Of a stretch of DNA of 29,488 bases, positions 1 through 9,560 are shown piece after piece (the stretch's first letter is position 1; every line of letters begins with the position of its first letter). The translations under genes and the position numbers were made by a program. The stretch is from Fibrobacteria bacterium. Its GTDB lineage: Bacteria; Fibrobacterota; Chitinivibrionia; Chitinivibrionales; FEN-1185. The notes beneath the pieces are model-generated. The model made no database searches. It had not been told where the DNA came from and saw only the letters and a list, made by a program, of their open reading frames with translations. Location of the stretch: NCBI GenBank assembly GCA_037447435.1, contig JBBIGR010000054.1, positions 1 to 29,488 of the forward strand. The letters are read 5' to 3'.

Positions 1-173
1 GCAAATCGGTGAAGAATATCATGCAGGGCGGCATAGCCGATATGTACTGGAATGGAAAGAGCACCGAAGGCGGGCATGTTGCTTCCGGCGTGTATGTCCT
101 GAAAATGACATCCGTAGCAAACGTCACTGAAGCGAAAAACGTGTTCGAGCGAAAGCTTGTACTTTTGCCGTAA
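1..173 (+). CDS. 3' end of a secreted protein with an FlgD-Ig-like / T9SS type A-like C-terminal domain (5'-truncated by the window edge)
   Basis: The frame from nt 3 reads KSVKNIMQGGIADMYWNGKSTEGGHVASGVYVLKMTSVANVTEAKNVFERKLVLLP* (TAA at 171-173). The WNG...G..VASGVY pattern and terminal K-hydrophobic strand are typical of these domains. A terminator follows. Confidence 0.8.
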   Translation, partial: KSVKNIMQGGIADMYWNGKSTEGGHVASGVYVLKMTSVANVTEAKNVFERKLVLLP

Positions 174-214
174 GATGCAAATGAAGGAAAAATAAAAAAG
201 GCAGAAGGAAAAAG

Positions 215-246
215 AAAAAAGGCCGGATTAAATCCGGCCTTTTTTT
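215..246. terminator. Bidirectional intrinsic terminator
   Basis: AAAAAA-GGCCGGAT-TAA-ATCCGGCC-TTTTTTT, between convergent genes. Confidence 0.9.
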
Positions 247-286
247 ATTGATTGCAAAATCGTATTGAAAAGAGAACAAATACGCG

Positions 287-1138
287 TTAATTGCTTTTTG
301 ATTCTTCACCTAAACGAATTCCCAGGATTTTATTGTCGGAACCGTACATACAGCAAGGCTGATCGGTTTCAACTTTGAAATTCAAATTCGTATGGGGTGA
401 AGAAAACTTCGGGTCAAAGGAAAAATTTTCGGGCGGAACGGGTTGCGATCCGGGAAGATTCCCGAAAATATTGTTTTTAGAAAATTGCGTTCTTGTTGAA
501 TGTTCGGAATTTTTAATGCCGAACCGTTCATTGAAAGTGATCATATTGTTTTCTATTACGACATCGCATGCACCGCCGAGCGCAATGCCGTTATTGGAAT
601 TAAAAGCAATGGTATTATGATTGATGGATGCGTTTGTCGAACGAACGTCCCAGCATTGAATTCCGGATGCACGATTAAATGCAATAATATTGTCTTCGAT
701 TTTCGGCAAATGCCTGACCGTTACAATTCCGGTTTCCCAATTCTTAATGATTCTGCAATTGGTAATTGAATTTCCCGCTTCGCGAGAGAATACGCCGATC
801 GTTCCATTGCAGATTTCGAATCCGCTGATGCTCGCATTTGCACTTAAGGAAACGACGGTTCCCTTCCCGCCGCCGTCGATAATCGCCTTGAACGTGTTCC
901 GGGCAATAACGGCAACGCCGGATTTGACAAAAACAAGTTCATGATACGTACCGTTTTCCACCCAAATCGTGTCTCCGGATTTGGCGTTTATCATTGCTTC
1001 GCCGATTTTTTTAATTCCTACGGAAGGAACGGACAAAGACTCTCCGGCAAATGCGGCTTGCGCAATAAGCAATGCCGAAGCAACGATACCGATAAGCAAG
1101 CCGTTATTCGTACGGCGTCTGGTCTTTTTTATTTTCAT
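287..1138 (-). CDS. Exported right-handed parallel beta-helix (NosD/pectin-lyase-like) protein, paralog A
   Basis: Start placed at ATG 1138 (MKIKKTRRR..., GGAGG just upstream). Signal peptide ends AAFA. Has the GDTIWVENGTY motif and repeated I.NN.I..N...GI rungs. Confidence 0.8.
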   Translation of the reverse strand: MKIKKTRRRTNNGLLIGIVASALLIAQAAFAGESLSVPSVGIKKIGEAMINAKSGDTIWVENGTYHELVFVKSGVAVIARNTFKAIIDGGGKGTVVSLSANASISGFEICNGTIGVFSREAGNSITNCRIIKNWETGIVTVRHLPKIEDNIIAFNRASGIQCWDVRSTNASINHNTIAFNSNNGIALGGACDVVIENNMITFNERFGIKNSEHSTRTQFSKNNIFGNLPGSQPVPPENFSFDPKFSSPHTNLNFKVETDQPCCMYGSDNKILGIRLGEESKSN

Positions 1139-1182
1139 AAGGCCTCCGTTTAATAAAAGTAAACGATAGTAATTGTACAATA

Positions 1183-2001
1183 TCAATAATTCAACCGAAT
1201 GCCGACTTCACCAACGCCTTGCGGCAAGGAATGGAGCGGAGAATCCGGCAGTAATGAAAAATCGAGTTTCCCTTTCGGGTCTGCAAACTTGGGCACTAAC
1301 GTGAAGTTGTTATCGCCAAACGAAATCGGCATGCTGCCGTTTTGGAAAAATATATTGTTTTGCACAATAGCCTTACTTGCATCGTCGGCCTTAAATCCGA
1401 ATCGCGCGTTATACGCAACGATATTATTTTCGATAATGACCTTGGATGCCCCGCCAAGTCCGATGCCGTTATTCTCGTTATAGGCAATGGTATTGAATGA
1501 TAACGGTTCACTGCCGGCAGCCACGTCCCAACCGACAATTCCCGAGCCATTATTGTAGGCAATGATATTGTCCTGTATTTTAGGCATTTGGCCGGCACAG
1601 GATATTCCGGATTGCCAGTTTTTTATAATCCGGCATTTAATGATACTGTTTCCCATGCCAGAACTGAGTACTCCAATTGATCCGTTTTTAATTTCAAAAC
1701 CGCAAATGGTCGAATTGCCGAAAAGGGAAACGACAGTGCCTTTTCCACCCCCGTTTATTGATGCGCCGAACATTGTTTTTGATTTGAGATACACATTGTT
1801 TTTAACCGATATTTTTTCATTATAATTGCCGGGCGCAACCAGAATTGTGTCTCCTGCTCTGGATGCAATCATTGCGCTTTGCAGGGTTGGGATTTCTTGG
1901 GTAGGAACGGAAATTAGTTGCCCGCAAAACCCTGAAAAAGAAACTAAAAATAAAATGCCAATCGTCCCCCACAGAGTCTCTCTACTGAGTTTTGTTGTCA
2001 T
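1183..2001 (-). CDS. Exported right-handed parallel beta-helix protein, paralog B
   Basis: Hydrophobic N-terminus, TLQSAM..SRAGDTILVAPGNY motif and NN-rich beta-helix rungs. AAGGA RBS. Aligns by eye with 287..1138. Confidence 0.8.
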   Translation of the reverse strand: MTTKLSRETLWGTIGILFLVSFSGFCGQLISVPTQEIPTLQSAMIASRAGDTILVAPGNYNEKISVKNNVYLKSKTMFGASINGGGKGTVVSLFGNSTICGFEIKNGSIGVLSSGMGNSIIKCRIIKNWQSGISCAGQMPKIQDNIIAYNNGSGIVGWDVAAGSEPLSFNTIAYNENNGIGLGGASKVIIENNIVAYNARFGFKADDASKAIVQNNIFFQNGSMPISFGDNNFTLVPKFADPKGKLDFSLLPDSPLHSLPQGVGEVGIRLNY

Positions 2002-2082
2002 TTTAAGTTCCTTACACGGTTAAAATTTATTGGTTCGGAAAACCTTCATCAATTACAATATAAATATTTTTATACAAATTTG

Positions 2083-3087
2083 CTAGGCCATATCAATATT
2101 TGATGCGCACTTTTTGGTAAGTCCTAGGGGCCACTTTCTTTTATACCGGATATATTTAGTGAATGCATATTTTGTTTTTGCGATGATGCTCGGGAAAAAA
2201 AGCGGGGAAGGGCCAAAAGTGAAGGACGGATCAAAATAACAATTGATGTGGCAACCTTTGCAAAACATCGATCTGCCTTGCTGGGCCTCTTCATCCGATC
2301 GTTGCGATGACTCGAGCGCTTTTCCAAGATTTGAGGCAATAGGGACAAATGCCTGCGCATGATGATAGCACGGCATTGCAAGGGTATTATCGGGCAAAAT
2401 AACAATGGTCGAACTCACCGCTTTGCATACGGGAGAGTCGATGTCGTTTCCTCCCGCGGACCGAAGTCTGCAATGCGCTTTATTCAGGTACACGCCTTTA
2501 AGCGATGCATACGTGAAGGCCAGCTCATGCGTTTGTTTCGAAACGATATCTTTTCCGTCAAGAGAAAAAACCGGGTCTAAAATAACCATTAATTTATTTT
2601 TGAGGGCGATTTCATAAACTCCCCGAAACGATCGGATATTCTCGTTGGTATAGGTGAAAAGAAGGTCGGGCACCAAATCGTTTTTCAGTGCCGCCGGAAT
2701 GCTGCGCAAAACGCTATTAAAGGAATTCGATCCGCGAATCTTGTTATGCAAAACCTCGCTATCCGCATCGATGCTGAAATGAAGTAAATCAACGAGTCCG
2801 GCTAGGGAGGCCGCTTTTTTCTCGAATTCAATGCAATTGGTCGTAATTGAGGTAATGAATCCCAAAGACTTTGCGGTTTTTAAATAAATTGGCAAATCGT
2901 TATGCAACAGCGGTTCGCCGCCCGTAAAGTCGACAAATCTGCAGCCTGCAATTTTCGCGGCTTTGAGGTTTTCGACCACTTCCTGCAATTTCGAATCAAT
3001 TTTATCGTGTTCCCGCCAAATAGAGCAAAATTCGCACCGTGCATTGCAGCGATTTGTTATATAATAATGCAGTAAAACCGGTTTCAT
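2083..3087 (-). CDS. Radical SAM protein with a C-terminal SPASM/twitch-like Cys cluster
   Basis: CNARCEFC (CxxxCxxC), FTGGEPLL, ITTN and FSID motifs. C-terminal C...PC...CKGCHINC. Confidence 0.9.
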   Translation of the reverse strand: MKPVLLHYYITNRCNARCEFCSIWREHDKIDSKLQEVVENLKAAKIAGCRFVDFTGGEPLLHNDLPIYLKTAKSLGFITSITTNCIEFEKKAASLAGLVDLLHFSIDADSEVLHNKIRGSNSFNSVLRSIPAALKNDLVPDLLFTYTNENIRSFRGVYEIALKNKLMVILDPVFSLDGKDIVSKQTHELAFTYASLKGVYLNKAHCRLRSAGGNDIDSPVCKAVSSTIVILPDNTLAMPCYHHAQAFVPIASNLGKALESSQRSDEEAQQGRSMFCKGCHINCYFDPSFTFGPSPLFFPSIIAKTKYAFTKYIRYKRKWPLGLTKKCASNIDMA

Positions 3088-3090
3088 ACC

Positions 3091-4194
3091 TCACACCTTT
3101 TTGCTTTTCCACAATACGCGCTTTGTCGTTAGAAACGAAAAACCGAAAACAATAGTTTCACAAAAAAGAAATAGCAAAAATAGAGGAAAAACGAGGGCTT
3201 TTTCATGAGATTTTATTTTCGAAAAAGAAACAAAGACAAACAATAACGTCAGCACAAAATTAATAAAAGAAAAAATTGCGACGCCGGGATTCATAGTACC
3301 GGAAAGAGATATAAAAAAAATGCAGTTTTGAAATGAAAACAGCATTGCCGCGGGCAAAAGTTGCGAAGTGAACGAAAAGCCGCCTCTGGCCCATCGAAGC
3401 GTTTGGTGGAAAAAATCGGACAATGTCGGGCAAGGCTGCGTAAATGCCTTGGCGGAAAATGGTTCGGTTACTCCTATCGAACAGCCCCTTTTCTTTAAAG
3501 CAAGATACAAAGCTCTGTCTTCGACAATCGAATATCCGATGCCTTTTTGACCGCCGATTTCGGTATACCTGTTTTTTCTAAAGGCTATATTATTGCCCAT
3601 ACAGGATGTCTCGAAATTAGATGCATGAAAGGCATAGGCTGTTGCAAAAAGAAACTCAAGTTGGAACCGTTGCATTGCGGCTAAAGGTGCGGCGTCCTTT
3701 GAACGTATTACCGTATGTCCGAACACGAAATCGTTTTGCGCCATCAAAGATTTGGCGCAGGTAGAAAGCCAGTCTTTTGAAAACGTCATATCCGCATCGG
3801 TGAAAACGATATAATCGAATGTGCTCGCTGAAACGCCATTGTCCAGTGCCTGTTGTTTTGAGGTCAGACGGCATTGGGGGGCAAATGCCGAATCGATGAT
3901 TTTCAATCGGTCGCCGAAGCGTTTTTTCCAATGATCGACAATGCGACCGTAATCATCGGTGGAACCGTCGTTGACAAGTACTATTTCCCAGAGCCCGTCG
4001 TAGTCCTGGAGCGCAAACGATTCCAAAAGACCGTTAAGATTATGCGCTTCATTTTTAAAGGGCACAATTATGGAAATGGAAGGGAATTGACTGTTTTCGG
4101 TTTGCCGGGTCGGCGAAAAGAGCGCAGTTTTTATGGTGAGGTACGCAATAAAAACAGTATAAATACTAAGAAATAAGATAATCACTGTAACCAT
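3091..4194 (-). CDS. Membrane-bound GT2 glycosyltransferase
   Basis: SIIVPFKNE, VNDGSTD, FTDAD (DxD), ED and QTLRW (QxxRW) motifs. One N-terminal and several C-terminal TM segments. Confidence 0.92.
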   Translation of the reverse strand: MVTVIILFLSIYTVFIAYLTIKTALFSPTRQTENSQFPSISIIVPFKNEAHNLNGLLESFALQDYDGLWEIVLVNDGSTDDYGRIVDHWKKRFGDRLKIIDSAFAPQCRLTSKQQALDNGVSASTFDYIVFTDADMTFSKDWLSTCAKSLMAQNDFVFGHTVIRSKDAAPLAAMQRFQLEFLFATAYAFHASNFETSCMGNNIAFRKNRYTEIGGQKGIGYSIVEDRALYLALKKRGCSIGVTEPFSAKAFTQPCPTLSDFFHQTLRWARGGFSFTSQLLPAAMLFSFQNCIFFISLSGTMNPGVAIFSFINFVLTLLFVFVSFSKIKSHEKALVFPLFLLFLFCETIVFGFSFLTTKRVLWKSKKV

Positions 4195-4396
4195 TTCATA
4201 ACCCGCTCACGTTTATTAACTATAGATAATTTAATGTGAATTTCCGGCACTATCGTCGGACTCTTTCAAACACTGCACACCGGATAATCCGTTCCGCCCA
4301 ATCGGCTTCCTTTAAAATATATGAGCCTAAATTTTCATGAAACGAATACTGAAATCTGCCTTTAACGTAAATACCGCGGCTTCACTTATAAAGATA

Positions 4397-4425
4397 TTGA
4401 CACTTTATGGCCATTAGGGTATTTT
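4397..4425 (+). promoter_or_regulatory. Sigma70-type promoter for the envelope cluster
   Basis: TTGACA (4397-4402), a 17-nt spacer, then TATTTT (4420-4425). AGGAGG RBS before ATG 4450. Confidence 0.65.
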
Positions 4426-4449
4426 TAAATAAGAACTCCAGGAGGCGAT

Positions 4450-5178
4450 ATGCAAGATGTTGTCATGGAAACAGTTAAGCGTTTTTTACTTTTATGGATC
4501 CCCATCTTTTTGATTATTGCCCCGATCTCGGCGGAAGAAGATGCCCAATTGGCGCGACCGCCCGTCAACAATGCGCCGCCGCCCGATGTTTCCAGCCCCG
4601 TCCAGAACGCCGTCATAGAAGGTATACAATTGTCAAGTGAACCCAGCAAGGAACCGGGTGAAAACGTTGTTACCTGCTATTTTATTTTCCGGGATAAACC
4701 ATCGAGCTATTTTTACGAAGTAAAACGAGGCACGAAGAAACTTGTTTTCGAATTCAATGATACGCAAAAAGGCTCGTCTCCTATTCCCTCCGCAGCGCAA
4801 ACCCCGATTCTCGGGTTTGATGTTGAACAGAAGAAAGTGGATATTAACAAAGAAGTCAAAGGTCTTAATCCGGAATGGCATGATCTTATCAGTGTGACTT
4901 TTAATTTAAGTGCGGTTCCGCAAATCAGTGTTTCCGATGAATATAATGTCATTTCCTTTTCATACAAATGGTCGAATGATCCGGCCAAAACAACAAAATA
5001 TGTTGTTAAGGAAAATAAAACAAATTGGGGTATTCTTGGTTCTTTGCTCGGAGTTGGGGCTATCGGAGCAGGGGTTGCAATTTGGTACGTAACGAGACCG
5101 CCGACACCACCGCCTCCGGCGACACCGCTGGATACGTCGGATTTGCCGTCACATTCGGCGCAATTCCGTTTTTTTTAG
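4450..5178 (+). CDS. Exported protein with an AMIN-like beta domain, C-terminal TM helix and Pro-rich tail
   Basis: Strong RBS and signal peptide. Beta-rich region with KKLVFEF (weak resemblance to the AMIN RLVxD strand). WGILGSLLGVGAIGAGVAIWY helix followed by RPPTPPPP. The CDS is secure, the AMIN call tentative. Confidence 0.6.
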   Translation: MQDVVMETVKRFLLLWIPIFLIIAPISAEEDAQLARPPVNNAPPPDVSSPVQNAVIEGIQLSSEPSKEPGENVVTCYFIFRDKPSSYFYEVKRGTKKLVFEFNDTQKGSSPIPSAAQTPILGFDVEQKKVDINKEVKGLNPEWHDLISVTFNLSAVPQISVSDEYNVISFSYKWSNDPAKTTKYVVKENKTNWGILGSLLGVGAIGAGVAIWYVTRPPTPPPPATPLDTSDLPSHSAQFRFF

Positions 5179-5208
5179 CAATGCCGTAACCTAGTTATCG
5201 TATGAAAA

Positions 5209-8200
5209 ATGCCGCATCGCATTCACTCGATTCTCTTATGCCTTCTATGTACTGCGGCGTTTGCTTATAGTCAAAGTCAAACGCCGTCGCTTAATCGCGC
5301 CGATAAATTTTTCAACGACAGCCTTTTTAAGCCTGCTTTACAAGAATATCAAAAATTCCTCATAACCCGTGCCGGCGGAACGAAAACCTATAGTTCGTAT
5401 CAGGATTCCATAAATCAATCCAATGCCGGTTTTAAAATTGCCATTTGCCTCAACAAATTAAACGACAATGCAAAAGCATCGGATGCATTCGATGATTTTA
5501 TCAGGACTTTTCCGAAAGACGGGCGGGTTGTCGACGCACGGTATTATGCCGCCATGGCGCAAAAAAATCTCGGCAATTTAAAAGAGGCTTCCGAGAGATT
5601 CTTTCAACTTTACTACCGGTTTCCGAATTCGGGGCTTGCGCAAAACGCGCTGTTTTCCGCGGCTCAATGTTCCATGATGTCCCAAGACAAGGATCGTGCG
5701 ATAGAGCTGTTTTCGCACTATAACGAATCGTACGGCCGCGACTCAAAAGCTCAGGATGCGATTTTTTTTCTTGCAAGCCTGTTGTTTGAACGGAAGGAGT
5801 ATGCTTTGGCCGAGCAGAAACTTGATGAGGCCCAGAGACTTTCCGTTATTTCAAAAAACAATATGCCCCGGTTGTATTATTATAAAGCAATAATCGCGCA
5901 GGAGCTTCAAAAAAACGAAATCGCCGCACGCAATTTCTCGGCAATGATCTCCTGCGATGAGGTTTTTGACGAAAAAGAACGAGCGTTGGCCGCATATATC
6001 GCATTTGCAAGAAAACAGAACGATTGCAGAACGGGGCTGCTGTGCTATAAAAAATTATCCGACAATTATCAGCGAAAATCCCAAATCCTCACCAAGGAAT
6101 TCCTCTATTCCTGGGCCCAATGCGCAGAGCAATGCGGCGAGTTTTCCGATGAAGAAAAATTGTATAAAAGGATATTGCTTTCGTTTCCGCAGGATTCGCT
6201 GGTTTCAAAAACGTCGCTCGCTCTTGCACAATGCCAAATTAAAAAGCATGATCTGGCCGCTGCCTTCGAAACATTGCAGGCACTCATGACAAAAGATTCG
6301 GTTTCGGATGTTGCCGCCGAGGCGACGTATGTTATTGCCGAGCTTTACAATGCTCAGGCGGTGTATGAAAATGCCATAAATGCCTATCGTCGGTATTGTC
6401 GCATGAAATCCGCTCAAAACATAGACAAAGCCCTCTTTGAAATAGGAAAAATTTACAAAGAAAAACTTTGTCGCTATGACGCTGCGGCCCAGGAATTCGA
6501 ATCGTTACTCCGTCGGTTTGCCGAGAGCCCCCTTTACCATGAAGCATTGTACGCCATTGCCGAATGTGAAGAAATGGCCGGCAGTATTCAGGTTGCGGTC
6601 CGGCGATATTACCGGGTTGTCGAATCCGATGCTCCCCAGGATTTGGTAGACAAAGCGCGTAAACGAATGTCCTATTTGAGCGCATATAGGGCAACGAACC
6701 TTGAAAATGCCGTTCGATTGCTTGCGGACATCGCTCAAAAGAAAGCCGACAGTTCCGAGATGACCGTTCGTCTTTTCAGGGTGGCGGAAATTTATGAAAA
6801 CGATTTACGCGATTATGATGCCGCAATGCAGGCCTACGACCGGATAGATACCTACGTCAAGGACCCGGCCGATTCGGTGCAAGTGAAACTTTTATTTCAA
6901 AAAGCCAGAGTTTTTGAGAAAATCCATGAAAAGGCGAAATTTGAAAATAATGTGAAAACCGCGGACAGCGCGCGAACCAATGCGCTTTCTCTGTATAAAG
7001 AGGTTTTGAAATTCCAGAAGCAAGTTGCTTTTGCCGACCAAGCCGCATATCGGATAATGCTTTTATCGTCACCCGACATTTCTTCATTTGAACGATTTAT
7101 GGCAAAGTATCCGAAAAGCGAACATAAAAACGAAGTGCTTTTGAATATTGCCCGGTATTACGAAACAAAATCCTCAAAATCCCAAGCAGACTCGATTTCG
7201 AAGAAAAAAGCATTGGAAGCCTATCGGAATATCCTCGTATCGCAACCTGCCGGGGAAATTTCCGATCAAGCATATTTAGGCTGCGGGCGCGTGTATTGTT
7301 CGCTTGGGAAACCCGATTCGGCACTTTTAATCATAGCACAGTTTAATGAGCATTGCGCCGATTCCAACCGGGTTGCCGAAGGTGATTTTATTGAAGCCAA
7401 AGCCGAAAAGCAAAAACAGAACTATTCTGTAGCGTTGGATAAGTTCAAAAAAGTATTATATTCCTATCCTTTTAATGGGTTTGCACGACAATCCCGCTTT
7501 GAAATTGCAGAGACTTTTTTTGCAATGTCACGCTATCATGACGCTCTTTCAAATTATCGGCTTTGCGCATTGCATACCCAGCTCGATGCAATTTCTGCCG
7601 CAGCAAGACTTGGAATGGGAAAATCGTACGCGGCACTCGGGAAACTTGACGAGGCGGCCTCGGCATTGTCATCGTTGATTTCTGAAAAACTGCCGGCGGA
7701 ATTTGTTGCCACCGCAAAATACGAACTGGGTATGGTGTTACAAAAACGCGGTGATTTTTCCGGCGCGATGCGTTTGTATTCCCAAATCGTTTCTTCGGCA
7801 AATTATCCTGAAAAGCAATCGGTGTATTTGAAATTGGGTGCGCTTGAATTTGAAATCCGAAAGTACGCGGAAGCGTGCGGCGCTTACGAAAACGCATTGC
7901 TTTTCGCAAAATCGGAGCCTGAAAGTGCCGACGCCATGAGCGGCGTTTGTGTTTCGCTGACAATGGCCGGACAGCAAAAAGCGGCTGATAAGAAGACCGC
8001 TTTTTTCATTCAGCGCTTTGGATCGGAACAATCGGCGTTTTCCGAGATTGTATATTATACGGGGTTGCATTCGCTTTTGGTCGGAGATTTCGACAAGGCG
8101 AGAAAATACTTTTTGACAATTGTCAATAATTATCCGAAATCATCCAGAAAAGACGGTGCGGCATATCAATTTGCCTTATCGTATTTTTACCAAGGAAAAG

Positions 8201-8877
8201 AGGATAAAGCGCTGGAATTGTTCAACAAGTTTATCGAAGATTATCCTCAAAGCGATTTTATCGGACTCGCTCAGTTTAAAATCGGGATGATTTATCATCA
8301 GCAAAATGATTTCGAACAAAGCATAACGTTCTTTTCCGCGGTACTGTCTCATCCGGAAACGGATTCGACAACGCGGTTTCGTGCCGCATACAATGCGGCC
8401 ATAGGCTTGCAGAAACTGTCGCGGTGGCTTGAAGCAGGCAAAATGTATGAATTGATGCTGGACAGTTTTCCGGAAGAAATGAGTATTTCGTCGGCGCATT
8501 TAAAAATCGGTTTTTGCCTTATCCAGGCGATGAGGCCTCAGGAAGCGCTTGTTCATTTCCAGAAAGCCTCCGATAATCCGAATACGCAGGATAAACCTGA
8601 AATTTTATATTGGATAGCGACCTGTTATGCGAAAATGGGCGATTATCCCCGCGCAGCGTCCGAATATTTAAAAGTGCCCGCTTTATATGCTGGTATAGGG
8701 CGATGGGACCTGACTTCGGAATGCGAAGCGGCCCGAATATATGAGCGGCTCGGCGATTATCCGAAGGCTGTTTCGTTATATAAGAAAATTATCAGTACCG
8801 ACGGCGAGACCGGAAATTTAGGAAAAGAAGCCGTAAGCCGGGTTGAACAACTTAACGTAATTATGGAGAGTCAATGA
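5209..8877 (+). CDS. Large exported tetratricopeptide-repeat protein (BamD/CpoB-like modules)
   Basis: 1222 aa with a signal peptide (AAFA). Many TPR pairs with FP.S...A.Y/F motifs (FPKDGRVVDARY, FPNSGLAQNALF, YPQSDFIGLAQF). Confidence 0.9.
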   Translation: MPHRIHSILLCLLCTAAFAYSQSQTPSLNRADKFFNDSLFKPALQEYQKFLITRAGGTKTYSSYQDSINQSNAGFKIAICLNKLNDNAKASDAFDDFIRTFPKDGRVVDARYYAAMAQKNLGNLKEASERFFQLYYRFPNSGLAQNALFSAAQCSMMSQDKDRAIELFSHYNESYGRDSKAQDAIFFLASLLFERKEYALAEQKLDEAQRLSVISKNNMPRLYYYKAIIAQELQKNEIAARNFSAMISCDEVFDEKERALAAYIAFARKQNDCRTGLLCYKKLSDNYQRKSQILTKEFLYSWAQCAEQCGEFSDEEKLYKRILLSFPQDSLVSKTSLALAQCQIKKHDLAAAFETLQALMTKDSVSDVAAEATYVIAELYNAQAVYENAINAYRRYCRMKSAQNIDKALFEIGKIYKEKLCRYDAAAQEFESLLRRFAESPLYHEALYAIAECEEMAGSIQVAVRRYYRVVESDAPQDLVDKARKRMSYLSAYRATNLENAVRLLADIAQKKADSSEMTVRLFRVAEIYENDLRDYDAAMQAYDRIDTYVKDPADSVQVKLLFQKARVFEKIHEKAKFENNVKTADSARTNALSLYKEVLKFQKQVAFADQAAYRIMLLSSPDISSFERFMAKYPKSEHKNEVLLNIARYYETKSSKSQADSISKKKALEAYRNILVSQPAGEISDQAYLGCGRVYCSLGKPDSALLIIAQFNEHCADSNRVAEGDFIEAKAEKQKQNYSVALDKFKKVLYSYPFNGFARQSRFEIAETFFAMSRYHDALSNYRLCALHTQLDAISAAARLGMGKSYAALGKLDEAASALSSLISEKLPAEFVATAKYELGMVLQKRGDFSGAMRLYSQIVSSANYPEKQSVYLKLGALEFEIRKYAEACGAYENALLFAKSEPESADAMSGVCVSLTMAGQQKAADKKTAFFIQRFGSEQSAFSEIVYYTGLHSLLVGDFDKARKYFLTIVNNYPKSSRKDGAAYQFALSYFYQGKEDKALELFNKFIEDYPQSDFIGLAQFKIGMIYHQQNDFEQSITFFSAVLSHPETDSTTRFRAAYNAAIGLQKLSRWLEAGKMYELMLDSFPEEMSISSAHLKIGFCLIQAMRPQEALVHFQKASDNPNTQDKPEILYWIATCYAKMGDYPRAASEYLKVPALYAGIGRWDLTSECEAARIYERLGDYPKAVSLYKKIISTDGETGNLGKEAVSRVEQLNVIMESQ

Positions 8878-9560
8878 TGCAGACGGAAGAGATTGAGGAG
8901 CTGGCGGCCAAAGTCCCGCTTTTTTCTTGTCTGTCCTCTATGGACCGCAAGGCCATAGTTCGGATCATGATTCCTAAGACCTTTATGGAAGGGGAAGTCA
9001 TTGTTCATGAGGACGATGAAGAAGGCCAATCTTTCTTTGTCATTGTGAGCGGGAAGGTGCATGTGGAGGTTATCACTTCCGAAGGAAAAAGTTCGATTCT
9101 TGCCAGCCTTAAGCCCGGTGACTTTTTCGGGGAAATGGCAATTCTCGACGGTGAGCCGCGAAGCGCTTCGGTGATTGCGTCGGAACGCTGCGATATTTTG
9201 ATGCTGTACCGTAAAATGTTTTTAGATATTTTGCAGCGTTACCCGAAAATAACAATACAAATACTTGTTGAAATGTCCAAACGCATACGACGTGCAAACA
9301 AGCATATTAATACATTGTCGCTTATGAGCGTGTACGGGAGGGTTGCCGATGTTTTGCTGCAGCTTGCCAAGGAGCAGGGGCAAAGAGTGCGTAATATGAT
9401 AGTTGTCCCGAGCCGTCCGACACATCAGGTGATTGCCGATATGGCGGGTACGAGCCGCGAAACCGTATCAAGAATTCTTTCGCAATTGCAAAGAAAACAT
9501 TACATCGTCATTGATGGAAAGAAATTGGTGATTTTAAATGAAGAAAAATTATTCGATTAA
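8874..9560 (+). CDS. Crp/Fnr family transcriptional regulator (cNMP-binding, Crp-like)
   Basis: Phosphate-binding cassette FFGEMAILDGEPRSASV and HTH IADMAGTSRETVSRIL. No Fnr-type N-terminal Cys cluster. ATGA overlap with the upstream gene. Confidence 0.95.
   Translation: MMQTEEIEELAAKVPLFSCLSSMDRKAIVRIMIPKTFMEGEVIVHEDDEEGQSFFVIVSGKVHVEVITSEGKSSILASLKPGDFFGEMAILDGEPRSASVIASERCDILMLYRKMFLDILQRYPKITIQILVEMSKRIRRANKHINTLSLMSVYGRVADVLLQLAKEQGQRVRNMIVVPSRPTHQVIADMAGTSRETVSRILSQLQRKHYIVIDGKKLVILNEEKLFD

Noticed and set aside
4234..4251. Possible Crp site TGTGA-N6
   Set aside because: The second half-site does not match TCACA. A single half-site in AT-rich DNA is expected by chance.
9530..9560. Programmed frameshift fusing Crp to TM-PASTA at T TTA AAT
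   Set aside because: A -1 slip meets TGA immediately. PASTA is in the +1 frame and has its own ATG with a GGTGA SD-like sequence.
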